Assembly (NCBI GenBank): GCA_038496445.1
Contig: JALMLS010000186.1
Span: 1 to 64,000 of the forward strand
Direction: 5' to 3'
DNA from: Trichosphaerium sp. ATCC 40318
Lineage: Eukaryota; Protista; Tubulinea
DNA: 64,000 nt
Shown here: piece by piece, positions 14,058-28,730 of the stretch
Numbering within the stretch: position 1 is the first letter of the stretch
How the letters are laid out: each line of letters starts with the position of its first letter
Notes under the pieces: generated by a model
Told to the model about the DNA's origin: nothing
The model's database searches: none
Seen by the model: the letters and a program-made list of their open reading frames with translations, nothing else
Translations under genes and position numbers: made by a program

Positions 14058-14559
14058 TCATGCACGTGTTGTCAACAAAGATAAATAATACTGATAATTT
14101 TTTGAGTATTCAGTTGGGTTCAGAGCTGACGGATTTGGCACTTCTGGCAATTGTAAATCTCACTTTTTTAACTATGATGCGCTAGCATAGTCAGGAGGAA
14201 AATTTCTTGCAAATCCAACCGTTTCAAACCCACGGGATTTAACAAAACAGCAAAAATTGCTATTTGCATATTTGACCCTGGCAGCGTTTACAAGCCTACA
14301 GCAATGTTGTAATGTTGTGAGAGGTTTTAAGGTCCACAGCTTTATGAGAGCTATTGGTCTCAACAAGTTATTAAGTCATGAAGAGGAAGCCATCTGTTAA
14401 AAAAAATAATTTCTTCAAGTTAGCTTCCTTTAACGGCATTCTGTTTCTTTAAGGAAGGTCATATAGCACTGTTTTAGACAAAATCACTTTACTTAACTAA
14501 ATCATTTACTGTGAAGGAACCTGTATTTTGGAGAATCAATAAGGGGCGAGAACTTAATT

Positions 14560-15219
14560 CTATGTAGATTGATTGTGTTCAATTGACAAGTCCCATCCTA
14601 GTTGTATATGATACAACCAATCTTGTTTCTATTCAAAGAGTTAAAGAACATTAAAAAAGGCAATATTATAAAATCTATAAAAGGTCACGTGCTTGTTCTT
14701 CAGTTTCAACATAATAAAATCTTGTAATCTCTTTTCGAGTTGTCTCTTGTAGAAACTTAATGGACCAAGAGTGTGGCCAAACTGAGTATACTTGAGGTTC
14801 GCTTTGCACGTGTATCATATCAGAAAACTTGATGAACCTCATCTTTTTCTGGCCAACCCTAGACTGTCATTTAATTCAGTAAGTTCAAAATTAACACTTC
14901 ATCGTACTCTGTAAATTAGCAAGCCATTCAAGTCTAGTATTGCAATTCTCTTTTTCCAAAACTGCTTTATAGGTCCACTGGATCCAAAATAGCCTTTCTT
15001 TTCAACACATAAACGCTAACAAGTGTTAAAATATCATTCTATCTTCAAGGTTACCCTGTAGAGTAAATTCTTGGTGACTATATCATGGTACATTGTGTTT
15101 AATGATTTAAAAACGTTAAACTGTTTTTTTGACCTTATCTGATCTACAATATGGTAGGTAAGCTCTACAGGTAATAATAGGGTTGTGTCGTTATTTGAGA
15201 CCGATTTATTGTTTGCCAT
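14560..15219 (-). CDS. F-box-like + PH domain protein, copy 3
   Basis: Tandem duplicate of copy 2 (about 13300-14070 vs 14485-15232). KKGYFGSSGPIKQFWKKR is a canonical PH beta1-beta2. GC donor at 14692. Confidence 0.82.
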
Positions 15220-15519
15220 TCATGCACGTGTTAAAAAATGATAGAAAACTGCTCAATTTTTGGATTTTAATAGTACTCATTGTAAACTTTGTACATAATA
15301 AGTATTGTCTGAAACTGTGTGTATGCGATATTTAGTAATAGTAACTCAATTGCAACTAAGTTTTACTCAGTGAAGAGGAGAATGAGAATGAACTACTTCC
15401 ACTTTGTCAAAGAAAAGTGTCCATGCTAGAAATGAAGGGTGCTGGTTTGTATTTGTACCACAACAGTAAATATAGTAGGATAAGTTTTATTGACAAGTGA
15501 TCTGAACTTTGAGTTGTCA

Positions 15520-18168
15520 TTATATATTTACAACTGCTTCTTTTCTAGCAGCAAATTGTGTCTGTACAATTTTCAAATAAGCAGGCGTTGTCTTCAACAA
15601 CTCCTAGAGCTTACTTAGTTCCTTGACTATTTTTTTTAACACTTACTTGATGAGTTCCTTTTCCTATCACGTGACCATTCTCTAGGACAAGTATTTGATC
15701 TGCATGAACCACTGTTGAAAGCCTTGTTGATTTGTCAGTGAGAAGTTACTTCATCTGTAAGATATACCTGTGTGCAATTATAACTTGAGTGACACTATGA
15801 TGGAGTTGTTGTATTGAATCTTGGATAGCCTTTTCAGAGACGCTATCTAGAGAACTTGTGCTTTCATCGAATATCAGCAACGAAGGCTCTACAAGTAACG
15901 CTCTAGCAATAGCAACACGCTGTCTTTGCCCACCTACAATGACATTACTTTATGGATTCAAGAAAGAATGTACCTGACAGCTTAATGCCACGTTCTCCAA
16001 TTATGGAGTCATAGCCGTCAGGTGCTTTGATAATAAAATCATGAGCATTAGCGCTAACAGTGATTTAGTTCTATGTCGAAAAGAACTTTCTTAATCTAAT
16101 ACCGTTTTGCGGGTGTAATGATTTCTTCTAGAGTTGCATCTGGTTTACCGTATGAAATGTTGTCCGCTATAGATCTATCAAAAAGATTGCTATCCTGCAT
16201 CACAATAGAAACTCTCTTTCTAAGAGAGGCTCTTTTGGCTCGTTTCAGATTGATACCGTCCCAAAGGATAGATCCTTCTTGAGGATCATAAAATCTGAGT
16301 AACAGATTTGCTAGGGTAGTCTTGCCCGCGCCAGAATGACCTAAACACATATTTTAAGTATATTTAATACAGGTGCAACAACAGGATGTCCTGATATTTA
16401 CAATCGAGTCACGAACTTTTGTTCAGCAGAAAACATGTGCTAATTAGTATGTACCAACAAGAGCTGTAGTTGTTCCTGCTTTGATTGAAAATGAAACCTA
16501 TCCAGATTGTATGTTATTTAGTATATTACAGTGTATGTTAAAGAAGGTACTTACGTTTTGAACTGCAGGAGTGGCACCTTTCGTTGTATTATAAGTGAAC
16601 GAAACATCTCGAAATTCTACTTCTTTGTTTAAATCCGGAAGATCTTTTGCATTTTTATCATCCTTAAGGGTATCCTTTGTAGCAATGATATCATATAGCT
16701 GTACAACTCTATCAATACTTCCCATCATTCTTGTGTAACCCTCAGCGAACGTATCTAAGTAGAAAATGAGAACCAGCACCAAACAAGAGCAATCTATCTT
16801 CATGTTATTCTAATAAACACGTGTGGCATGGAAATAATCAATTTATAGATTGTTTTTAGAGTCACTTAAAGCGTTAGATGCATCGCCTACTGATTGCGTA
16901 CTTAAAGGATTAAGAGTCATGTCTTGATATCGTATCAATGCCAACAATGTACCAACAGTCATATTTCCATTGTTTATCTGCGATACACCGTAAAGAATTA
17001 CTGCAACTTTAGTGCTAGCCTCCGCTAGCTTTTGGACACAGTTTCTACTGTACATCAAAGTATCTTGTTGGTATTCTGTTAAATGATAACCATGCCATCT
17101 CTGAGCGTAGCGAAAGACTTCGGCTTCATCTAAGACGAAAAAGTAAGAAAAAACTAAGATCCTTTCGTTACCTCTTCCGAATGATTTAACAGAACGAATA
17201 TTGGATACACCATCGTATAGAGTTTGGTTTGAACTTTTATAGTACTCAGTATTCAGGTTACTAAGCTTTTTTCTAGCACCATACCAATAATATCCAAAAA
17301 AAAAGTTAACCGCAATTGTTGGTATAAACAACCACCATGGAGCTATCATAATTGCAGAACATAAGGCACCAATGAACGGTAAAAAGTCTATCAGTATATA
17401 TTTTCCGAAGACTAGGCTTATTAATGCCCAGACATTTCCTGAACCTTTCTGTATTTTAGCGCCAATTTCACCTAAACAACTTTATTAGTTTGGTACGAAC
17501 ACATCTGTTGCCGTTTCTCTGATATCTAAAAATGTTTGTACCTGCATTGGTGTTATCGTGCCAATCGGTGGGAAGTTCATAAAACCTTTTTAAGCCGCAG
17601 TAAAGCCATGAATCTTCAGTTTGAGTCGCTATGTACATTTTTATACTCATGCATATCATTCTGTTTATCCTTCTTAACATTACTACAACAAACCAGTACA
17701 ACATCAACCACTAAAGGCAATATAAATATCAAATATCGCAAGTATATTCAAAACCCATCTAAAATGAAGTTGTACATCTTAGCCACATAAATTTCGAAAA
17801 CCAGAATTACAAGGTACCTTCATGTTGGGAGATGTTGGATCTTTTAAAATTTGATCGATGATGCTTTTCAACATTGAAGGTGTAGCAACACAAAGAAGAG
17901 CGTATGTTACACTAAAAAGAATACAGCAGGCAAGTAATCTTGGGTCTGATCCTAACCTAGAAAAGATGTTATTTTTTTATTTTTTTTGAAAAAATTCCAG
18001 CCAAAACACGTGCCAAGCAGTTAGGGCTACGCTTTTAATTACTTTGAGTTCTTTGCTGTCTTTTGAATTACATGTCTGTTTAACAACTTTCTCCACTATA
18101 TTGACATTCTCCAGAGTACGTGGTTTGGATTGTATAAACGAAAGAAGAGGCGTTGCTTTCTCTGTCAT
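15520..18168 (-). CDS. ABCB-type half transporter (TMD + NBD)
   Basis: TM domain, Walker [10 protein letters not shown], signature LSGGQRQR, Walker [13 protein letters not shown] and IIAHRLST. Confidence 0.93.
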
Positions 18169-18788
18169 GAAATAAGGTTGATGTTTCTGATAAACAAGTC
18201 AAAGTCTTCATAAGGTACGAACTTAACTTGAAATTTCACTTGACAGTGGGTAAATAGTGGGTTCTCAGTTGGTTCAGCAACCCCAAAATTTAATAGGGAA
18301 TGTGATAATGAGTGGTCAAGTAGAATTAGCTACGTAACCCTAACCCCAAAAAAAAAACAAAACATTTCATACAGTTTTCAGTTGGCAGTTGTGTGGTTGC
18401 TACAGGTTTTTTGTAAGTATGTATGTAGTTAATACTGATCCATGTTGCTCAGAAGTTAGGGTTTCCCTTTAATCTGTGTTACACACGGCACGTGTAGTTT
18501 AACTGAGATTAGTTTTTTGTGTAAAGACTTTTGAAGACTTGTTCCACCATTGATCCTCAGAATTATGCTTATGAACATTAAAGCGTTAATATAGTGTGTT
18601 TATCATTGTGGAATGCTAATAAATAAAATAGTATAAGAAAACACAAACTGTCAACTCAGCAAAATAGGGTTTTTGGTTCATTTCTAGAAACTGACAAAAC
18701 AGGAATTTCATTTACTAGAGAATCAGTTACCAATTCCATCAACTGTTCGTGCATAGCCCCATAGGCATATCCAACACTCTTTCAAGCG

Positions 18789-21700
18789 ATGTGGCACTCG
18801 CTTGCCTTTATTGTATCGCTGGTTGCGCTTTCACAAGCACAAACGTATACGCTACCTCTAGTTTTCGTAACAACAGACTCAGGTATTGTTTTATAAGCGC
18901 TAGCGTACCAACAAGTTGTAACTTCCCTTTCCATGCTAAACGCTACGATAGGCTCTCTACCTACGAACAGTAGTACCAAGCAAGGAGGTAAGCGCGTTTA
19001 ACGCAAAATGCGAATGTTTTGATCTTAATAATTGGCTAGCTGGCATGGTCATTGCGTGGCGCGGCGAAGGTAACCAATTAGAGACATACTCACAGATTTA
19101 TTCTGTACTAAACGCATAAAAGGACAAACGACGCTAATAAGCGATAAAAACGATGCTCAATATCATAAGTATGATGGCAGGATAGGTATTGAGATACGTG
19201 GGCAGCTCTCCGCAACATACCCGAAAAAACAGTACAGCGTCGAAACCAGGAAAGCTGATGGTTCCAATAACAACGTAGAAATTCTTGGTCTCCCAAAAGT
19301 GCGCTCTGGTTTCATATTTTAACGTATTTAAACGCCGGAAAAGTAAAATCTTCTTTGAATTTTTGAGCGCTTCTTTGTGACATTTGACAAGCATTAAAAA
19401 CGTAAGTGTGTATGTGCAGCAATGTATACTTATCGTGGCGTTGCTTTGATGTTGTTTTTATTTCAAAAGAGGGTGTTAGGATCAACTAAAGCGGTTTTAA
19501 ATGCACGGATTAACATCTGGGTATAAAATTAATGTTTTCATAAGGAGAACGATTGGATACTTTCTGGTCCTTATTCTACAGGATCAGAACATACTTTTAT
19601 GTATAATAAGTTCACATATGACATATCAAATGATTTGGGTTACTACGCTGCTCGTAGCAAGTACGTCTTGGCCTTTTCTTTCTGAATTGTTCAAAAAAAG
19701 CACGTGTGCATCAAACTGTTGTCCTTTTTTTTCAATTTTACTGATCCACTGTGTATAAGGTATTGTGAGTTATTTATAAATGATGAGTATCTTGGTCTGT
19801 ACTTGTTTATGGAGAAGCCTCATAAACGTGATAAAAACCGTATTGATATAAAAAAAATGAAAGAAACAGATGTTTCTGGAGAAGCTGTTACAGGTGGGTA
19901 CCTTTTTTCTATTGATAAAGGATGGGTAGCTTCTAAAGGATGGGAATCAACTTACAGGTCAAATTATAATATAACAAATAACGAAGGTGGTGTTATAAGG
20001 TGAGTTTTGTTGCCTCTGTAAATAGGACTGACTTATGCTTTTTTTTCTTTACATTGTAAACTAGGCTTGAAGTTATTGAGCCTGATGATCCTGTTCCTGC
20101 TCAAATAGCTTATATGAGAAATCTATGGGATGAATTTGAGGAGGTATGTGCATCTTTCAGTGAGACAGTTATTGATGAACCAGCTACTGGTAAGTACATA
20201 CTTCAAATCAAAGTTGTTTGTTCTGAACTTATGTTTGTTTAATAGGTGCTCACACATTTATTGATTTCGATTCATTTGCTGCTATATTCCTCATCAATGA
20301 GTTTGCAAGAAACATAGATTCTTTTCGTATCAGTACACATATGTATAAAGATAGAGGATTCGATGAACTTGTTCATTTTGGACCAGCTTGGTATGCACTT
20401 TTTTGTAAGGGCGATTTCATTTGCCCTCATTTTCTTCTTGAGTTTTTTGACTTACACAGACCTCACAGGGATTTTAACTTTGCTTATGCTTTCAGAGGAG
20501 ATGCGTCTGTTTCTAAATGGTACTGGTCAAGCTCTCCAAGTGATCAGTTTTCAATACCCTTTTGGTACATAGATTTGCTAGAACAGTCTGTTTTTGTACT
20601 CATCGCTCTCTGTAAAGGTGGAAACCTCTTGTTTATAAAAGTATTCGATTCACAAGTGTTATACAATCTCAATGGAATTCTTGGCGTAAGGTATGAGTAT
20701 TTCTTAAGGGCGTAAAAATACAGCAACAGTTTATGAACGGAAAGTTAAACAACATTTATCAATACTCAAATTACTTTTCTTCTAACTTACTGTAGAGCGT
20801 TCTATCATACAACGCCTTAGTGTCAAGAATAGATTCATATGTCACAGAAATAAAACCTGCAGCTGAGCGTGATCTTGCCAAGTACGCCAAAAAAAATGAG
20901 TTTCAAAAGGGAACAAAAAAGGTTACCAACAAGCTTACTTTCTTCTAGGTGGAGGCGTGATGGTAATCCTACAACATTTTTCACAGTGAGTACTGAAGTT
21001 TTTAGTATTTTATCACGTGTCATATTTCATTTCGGACACCCATAAGAGTAAAATAATCATCTATTGTAGAATGCAGTTACAAAATTTAAATCATGGCTGG
21101 AACTTCGTGGAAACTGGTTATCAAGATGTCTTACTCTTGCAAAATCAGGGAGGTACACTTGTCATGGATTAATGAATATTGTTATTTAATAAGGTAACTA
21201 TAGGGGTACTATAGTAGCCGCTGAAACGCCCATCTTAGAGTATGGAGTTGCTCAAGAGTGGTTCAGAGAACTGAGGTTAAGAATATGTGCTAAAGGCACA
21301 CCAACTTCCAGGTTTACTCATTGGACTGGTGCAAGTAGTTATTGGGAGAATGGAAGCTCTAGTACACATGCATGCATTAACGTACGTTTTATAAAACCAA
21401 TGAATAAGGTTCACATGTAAAAGCAGTTTTTTTTTTGTTCTTGTTCTTGTAGCTCAAGGTTGTATATTAATTTTTATCATAGGTAGAACTTATAAGTTCG
21501 GCAGCGATCATTGTTACAGCTAATTTTGAGGATGTTACTCCTGTTAATAACTTGGTCATCAACGAAATCATGTATGATGCTGAAGGATTTGGTGACTACA
21601 AGGGTAATTAATTTCTGTTCTTTTTTTGTTTACTTATGCGCACAAGGAAAACAATTCGATTGGATTGAACTCAAGAACATTGGAGATACTACAATAAATC

Positions 21701-24700
21701 TAGCGAATGTAGAGTTCATCAGTGGTATTCACTTCAAGTTCTCAAGTGGTACATCAATCTCTCACCATCAACTCTCGTTGTAGTTCTAAGCTCTCCTGTT
21801 TCTTAGGTTCTATTTTGCCAGGTGGATATGTAGTTGTAGCAGCAGATGCTACTGCGTTTAGAGCCAAGTATGGCTTTTCTCCTGTAGGCTCTTATAAAGG
21901 TAAATTGGGAAAAGCAGGTGGATTGATCATGCTTGCAAATGGAGACAGATCACAAGTGTTTGATTATGTTGACTACAAGTCTGAATCTCCATGGCCAGAA
22001 AACGAGGATGGAAAATCGATAGAACTAATTTCAACTGATCTTGATGGCACCCTTGCTTCATCATGGCGAATTGGTGCAACAGGTGGTACACCTGGTAATG
22101 AAAATTCAGAACCAATACAAGAAGTAAAGATAAACGAGATATTAGCTCACACAGACTTACCTCAAGTGAGTTTCTTTGTTTTCTTGTTTTTTTCTATTTT
22201 TTTTAAGTATAATTTGACCTTAGAGAGATTCTATTGAGATTTATAACCCTACGGATAGTACTGCATTTATAAGTGGTTGGTATCTCACAGACGATGAGCT
22301 TACTCCCAAAAAATGGTTGATTCCAGGGACCTCGGTATGTTTTTTTTGTTATTTGATGTCTATTCATTTTGGTGCTTTTGTTTGTATATCTGGTCATCTC
22401 TATTGACTATGATTAAGATTCCTGCTGGTGGTTATGCTGTACTTGATGACTCTCAATTTGGGTCATCCCTTAAGCTGAGTAAATACGGAGAGACAATCAT
22501 TTTGAGTTCTGGAAACAATGGTTTGCTCACTGGGTACTTTCATAAAGTAACTTTTACTGCTTCTGATAATGGTAAGCTTCATTTTATTGTTGTATTGGTG
22601 AATTATATCTCATGTGGTTTCAATTAGGTGTATCTCTGGGTCGTATGGTAACGTAGAAGGTAAAGAATACTTTACACCTCAACAAAGAGTGACACTTGGA
22701 GAAGAAAACTGCAGGTATGTTATCAAACGAATTGTTCAAAAAACAAGCTGTTCATGGACAGAAACCGCTTTAAATTATGCAATGCACAGTTTACTGACAT
22801 ATTATTTTTCTAGACCAGCTGATGGAACGCTTGTTATCACTGAGATTGGATACGACTTCGATCCAGAGTATCTAAAAATAGAAAATATCGGATCTTCAAG
22901 TGTTCAACTTAAAAACAATCAAGATGTACCTTATCGTATCTTTGGTATCTCTGACTTCGATTTTTCGTTGAGCGCCAGCTCTGTATCTCCTGGTGAAGCA
23001 ATTTATGTATCATCAAATCCCAATCTTCTTCGAGATACATTAGGTTTACCACTAAATACAATGGTACATTTTTTAAACAATATCCATATTAAAAAAAGCA
23101 AGGCAACGGACTTCATATGGCTTATCAGCATCTACTAGGTTTATGGACCTTATTTTGGTACTCTAAAAAACGAAGGAGAGACCATAACTCTTGCGAGGTC
23201 AGAGGACGAAACATCTAAAGTACGTACAGAACAAAAAAGAGAAAACGTTTGTTGTAAATTAGGATTTTCCTTTTATTCTCTGACTTTCTTCAAAGGGTTA
23301 TGTGACTATTGACCAAGTAGAATATGGTGTTGAGTCACCTTGGCCAAGTTCTGGAGTTATCAAACGGTAATAGAGGAAAATACTAGTTGAACAAAGTGCA
23401 CTGACCCAAGTTTTTGTAGTATTTCATTCAACAGTTTTGGAAGTGATCCAAATAATTGGGCTTCATTGCGTCCTACTTGCAATCAACCATCTGAATGTCC
23501 AGTTATTGATACATGCGCTCAGGTATTTATCGCACAAGCTACTGTACACTAAAATATTGATTTAGCCAACATGCTCAGGTGGTAAGTGCATGTACACTAA
23601 AAAGTCTTGCTCAGCTTCCAGCAGCAACTGCCAAGCAATGTGTTGTTTGAGTTCTGGTTGCTCTGATTTTGATTGTACACCAACAACATCACCGCCAACA
23701 ACACAATCGCCAACAATTCCTCCCACAACACTTCCACCAACACAATCACCAACAACACGTTCCCCACTACCAACTCAACCAAATTTCATTCCTACAGCCC
23801 CTATACAGCCATCTTCTCCTTCACAACCTACTTCTTCCACTATACAACCAACTACCGCTTCTCCAAGCACTCAAGTTGTACCGATTGTTTGATTTTTAAG
23901 CATATGGCCATTAGAAACTCATGTTCTTTATAGAAACCCGGTTGCGATAAAGATATCGAGCCAATATTCGAATGTATTGAGATTTCTCCAAATGTTAATC
24001 GTCTATGGTTCAGCTATAAGTCTTACAATAATATAACATGCACCAGAGATCGCGTTGTTGACGCTTGGGCCAATACAATCTTGGTAAGAAGAAAAAACAA
24101 AGAATGTTTATTAAGTCTCTTTTCTAGGTATCAGATTACAAAGAGTTCAAATCAGGTATCAACCAGTTTGCTGGGTATGCAGTATACAATAGAACAACTC
24201 CTAGATGGGGTATAAACGGTATTTCTGTGCGCATTACAGACGAAATAAAGGAATGCCTTACAGGTAAGAAACTAAGACACTTTTTTGATGTAGTTATCTC
24301 AAGTTTTACTTAGAATTGTTCTTTATGATTTCATTCAAGAACGAATCTGGTTCTGGTGTTGACCTTGATGTGGTTAAAGAAGCTCTTGATACTTATATAG
24401 ATCTAGATAAAGATCAATTACAGCTAAGAGTACTAAAACCGTCAACAAGAGAATCACATATATCAACAGAAGTCTTTGTTACTGTTAAAGAATCAGGTAC
24501 CTACTTTATTTCGAAGAAAAGTTGTCCAAATGGTATACCTTCTTAATTACTTTCTTAGACAAAATTTCTGCTGTAAGCGTAATGTACGATATATGTACAT
24601 TAATGGTATACGATGAAGTAAAGAAAAGTGACATGTTAGCTTCTCATGGTGAGTCTAAAGTTTTTTGATGCCTTTCTGCTTAAGCCCTTGAGTTGAAGCT

Positions 24701-24878
24701 GACAATCATTGTAGGTTTACTTGTTGACACATGTACTGTTAGCACACCAACATTTGCACCAACAAGAAGTAAACCACAAAGACCTTTTATATCAGGTTCT
24801 ACTGCTAATTATAGCCTTCCAAGTGTTATTACACTTGGTTTTGTTACTTATTACTTTTTTATGTACTCCAATAAATAG
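18789..24878 (+). CDS. CotH kinase + lamin-tail domains + Pro/Thr/Ser stalk; surface protein, paralogue 1
   Basis: Signal peptide, IGIEIRGQ..PKKQY, YLGLYLFMEK, NEFARNIDSF and HFGPAWDFN. LTD motifs LVINEIMY, VKINEILAH and LVITEI. Hydrophobic C-terminus. Many introns. Confidence 0.85.
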
Positions 24879-25138
24879 TCGTTTTAGTTAATTTTTGCAT
24901 CTTGCTGATGGTGATGAAACAACAGTGGGCTACCTGATAAAGGTAAAATCACTGGTTTTTACTTCTCTGTCAACTCAAGGCAATAGTTTAGGTCGCGCAA
25001 GTCGACCAGTGCTACTTCCTCGGTGTTTACAAGGGGAGGGGTCGTTGCGACTTAATGAAATTTCCCTTTTGACATTCGCTAGTTAGATAATTATTTTATT
25101 CTTAATTTATTGACAAATAAATCTCAAAAACAATCGCC

Positions 25139-25825
25139 TTAGTATCGTACAAATGTTTTTGTAAAATATTCATGTTCTGGTTCAGTAAATGAAAAGTATG
25201 GCTCACGTGATTTCAAGAATACGATCTTTTTTCTCGTGACATAATTGCACCTTGGAGCAGAACTAATGGTAACAGTGTAATCCATTTCTATATCACTAGT
25301 CTTAAACCAAACAGGTACTCGAATTTTTATACCTGGTCTTGCAGCTGAGAACTCTGTTTCAAAGGAAGGGAACTGACAACGGAAGATTACAACATCTGAT
25401 AAGCATACACCAGTTTTGTTGAAAGATTTTTCAACTTTTGCAAGCCTGTAAGCCCTGAGAACCCTTTTCATACTTACAAAGCATGTGGTATGATAGTAGT
25501 GAAAGAATGATAAGAATCCATACCCCAGTACTTTTGGTGTCGTCTGAATATAAAAGTTTTCCGTTGTTTCTTGCTCTCTAAGTCTAGTCTAGCCATATTA
25601 GCTCTTCCATGATATTTTATCCCCGTTAAGTCCTTTTCTGCTGAATAGCTTAAAATCATCTCTACAATGCTTTCTCCATACACGCCATGCGTATGATATT
25701 GTTTTATGCCATGAAAAGGAAACAGTAGAACAATTAAGCATAGAAAACGAGTCTAGGTGTTCTACAAGTAAATAAATCCATAAGTGTTCATCTACACGTA
25801 AGTATTGTGGGTTTTTAAGAGACAT
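25139..25825 (-). pseudogene. Frameshifted paralogue of the F-box-like gene at 62481-63170
   Basis: Colinear similarity (PQYLRVDEHLW...MKRVLRAYRLAKVEK...FVRY) is spread over three ORFs, giving two frameshifts. Confidence 0.8.
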
Positions 25826-26420
25826 CACGTGAAACTTCCAGCCTTTGGACCGAAAAGTCAGAAAAAAGAAACTATTTGACTTTTGAGCTGTAACCAGCTG
25901 AAAATTTATGGTTGTAAAGAGTCCCTCAAAGAGATCAATTGCAGTGTAAGTGTTTACATTGGTGTTCTTTAGTCATGCCTGTCACGAACTCAAAACACTG
26001 TCCCTAAAAGTCGTAAACAGAAGCTATATTCACTAGTGAAGCTGCTCTGCAAGTTTTGTAAGCGGAATTGTTAAGGAAAAAAAGAACTAAAGGCAATGAA
26101 CGAAGTGGCGTGAAAAGTAATACAATTTCTGAGTTCACTGTAGAATAACCTTACCGCCTTTGGTCCTTCAAATATAACGTTCACAGTGCACCTAAACTAC
26201 CGCTGCATTGGCAAGTAGAGGCTGTTTTTGCGAATTGTTCAGTTAAACAGGTTTCGCACTTTGAACAAGTGACCTCACCGTAGCAATATACAAGTAGATT
26301 TGTCTAAAAAAACCTTTTTCCTATATTTACAAATATTCAATGATAATGTTTAGTGTATTGTCACGAATTCAATGAAAACAAGTTTGTCATGTGATGAAAA
26401 AAAACCAAAAAGTTACAACA

Positions 26421-27273
26421 ATGAAGTACCTTCTCTCTCTACTCTTAGTATTCGTCGCTTGCGCTTTAGCAGCTCCTTCCCTTCCGTCAGACTTCATTGC
26501 TAATGTTGACCTGCACGAGACAGGACCTGGAACAGAAATTTTCGCGAGAGGAAGAGCATACATCTCGTACTCAACAAAAAGAGAAGCATTTAAGGGTGTT
26601 TCTTTTGACTATCGTGTTTTGGTAGAGTTTTACCGTTTCTTTGATCAACAAGTAGAGTACTTTGTACGTATCCGTTTTTGATAGCATCTGACATTGTTTG
26701 CTCAAGGCACAAAACTTTAGTCAAGCAAAAACTCGGACAACTTTTCTGACTTTCATTCGGTGACAAAAATCGCTTTGTTTCTTCTTGATTCTGTTCTAAC
26801 CTGTAACTATTTTTCGTGCTTTTCTTCATTTGTACTTACTGAATTTTGTTGCAGGTCGACGTTGAGAGTAAAAAATGCACCAAAAAGACAATAGACATCA
26901 AAATGTTTGAGCCTTATGGTTTCTTGAAAGATGCTACAAAAGAATTCCGTCCATGCCTTTCTTTCGGATTTGATGGTCGTACTGGGGAAGAATGGAAGGT
27001 AATTAGCGATTTCATACCACGTAATTATAAAGCTCAAAGCACTAGCTAGTGTTAACACACGTGTTTCAAACGCATTTTTAAAATCATTTCTAATATCTTT
27101 TCTAGTTGGTAAGCAATGCCCTTAACCAGACTGCTTGTTTGAATTATGATGAATCAATGCCTTACTGGCATAAAATACAAGATAATGGATACGAAAGATT
27201 CACGATTTACGATTCTTTCGTTCCTGGAGAACCTAAAGACTCTGATTTTGTTTTGCCTTCATGGTGTAATTAA
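26421..27273 (+). CDS. Ependymin-related (EPDR)-like secreted protein
   Basis: Signal peptide, PSLPSDFIA at the start and P..SDFVLPSWC at the end. Three exons. Confidence 0.6.
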
Positions 27274-27837
27274 TTCATAATAAAATTCATTTTCCGTCCC
27301 ACACCAGCTTTTTAAGGAAGCTGCGCAGCTTCAAACCAAATTGAATCTGCCTTTGTTTTCTATTTTACTCAAACATTACTTGTTTTACATTCGTAACACT
27401 GTTTCACTTATAAAACGTAAGCAAAGTACATTTGTACTGTCAGTATAGAAAGTAATTTCAAATGCTCGCAGTATCGATCATACACCAATGTGATAGATGA
27501 TTGGGTTGCCCAACTTTCCAGTGTAAAGCCATTAAAGTTGTACGGTACTAAAATGTATATTATGTGACTAAGTGAAATAACTTAAAGGAGTTGAGGTAGT
27601 TTTCTTGACAACCATTTTTAATTTCTGGTAGAACCTTTTCGCAAAAAGGTACCACCCTTCAGTCCGTATCAATAGCTTGCTAGGAGATTTCGGAAGTGGT
27701 AGCCAACAACTGTGTGACACACTTGGTGTTATACCACTACACTTAAAAACAAATTCATCTTGCGAAGAAAATTGTTGTCAAGTGACAAAAAAACAATCCG
27801 CTTAATCTAAGGTGTTGAACGTGAGATTTAGTTTATT

Positions 27838-28587
27838 TCATAGTTTTCTTTTATGTTTTTTGCCTTTCAGAACACGATATCTGTGTGTTCGTGTACCATT
27901 ATCATAAACATCATGTACATACAAAACACCTCTGTCAGACCACTCCTTGCATTCTCCATGTAACTTACCATAGGCATAACAGTAATGTTTCCTAAATACA
28001 CTGGAACTATCCCACTCTTTGTACTCTCCATACAAAACATCATCAACATAAAAGCATTGTACTTATAATTCGCCATTGTGAAACCCATCCTTTAATTCAC
28101 CATTTAGCTTATTGTTGACATAAACATGGTGTTTGAGTATCTGGCCTGAACGACTCCACTCTTTATACTCTTTATGTAAATATCCATTGACATAAAAGCA
28201 ATTCACAGCCAATTGCCTTGAATTGGTATGCCACTCTTTATATTCTCCGTGCAAGTCATCACCAGCATAAATGTAAGAGGTATGGTGGTCCGAGTGATAG
28301 GGATAAAGGTTAACTTTATTATACGTCTTAAAGGTCTGACTTAATTACAATAAAGCGTCCATACAAAAAACACTCTTTAAATACTTCTCCAAAGTAATGT
28401 TCCTCATATTTTCCTTCTTTTTTGCCGTTAACAAAATTACATACGTATGTTTTGACAGTATTGGCCATTTAACGTAAAGTTCGTGGAGGTTAAAAAGAAA
28501 ACAACTCTCCATTTCCCTAAACAACGATAAGCGTTTTGTATAACAACCGATATTACCACTATTTGTGTAGTTGATTGAGGCTATCAC
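27838..28587 (-). pseudogene. MORN-variant repeat gene with two in-frame TAA stops
   Basis: LHGEYKEW repeats. Three ORFs in one frame. YVKWPILSK matches the neighbouring gene's YLKWPMLSK. Confidence 0.75.
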
Positions 28588-28730
28588 GTGATATACAAGT
28601 GTCCAATGTCGAAAACAAGAAAGATATTCCGAGAAAGTTTGAAGCCATAAGTTGAACAGTTGAAATCTTTCGGAGTATAAACATGCTGACCGTTACTTGT
28701 TTAGTGGTTTAATAAATAGCTTAAAAAGAG

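Noticed and set aside
18335-18347. Telomere-like TAACCCTAACCC
   Set aside because: Only two units, which is compatible with chance.
23597-23933. His/Gln-rich and Asn/Thr-rich ORFs
   Set aside because: They are alternative frames of the CotH Pro/Thr/Ser stalk.
27838-28587. TAA reassignment (alternative genetic code)
   Set aside because: Many intact genes here end in TAA, and their conserved exons lack in-frame TAA.
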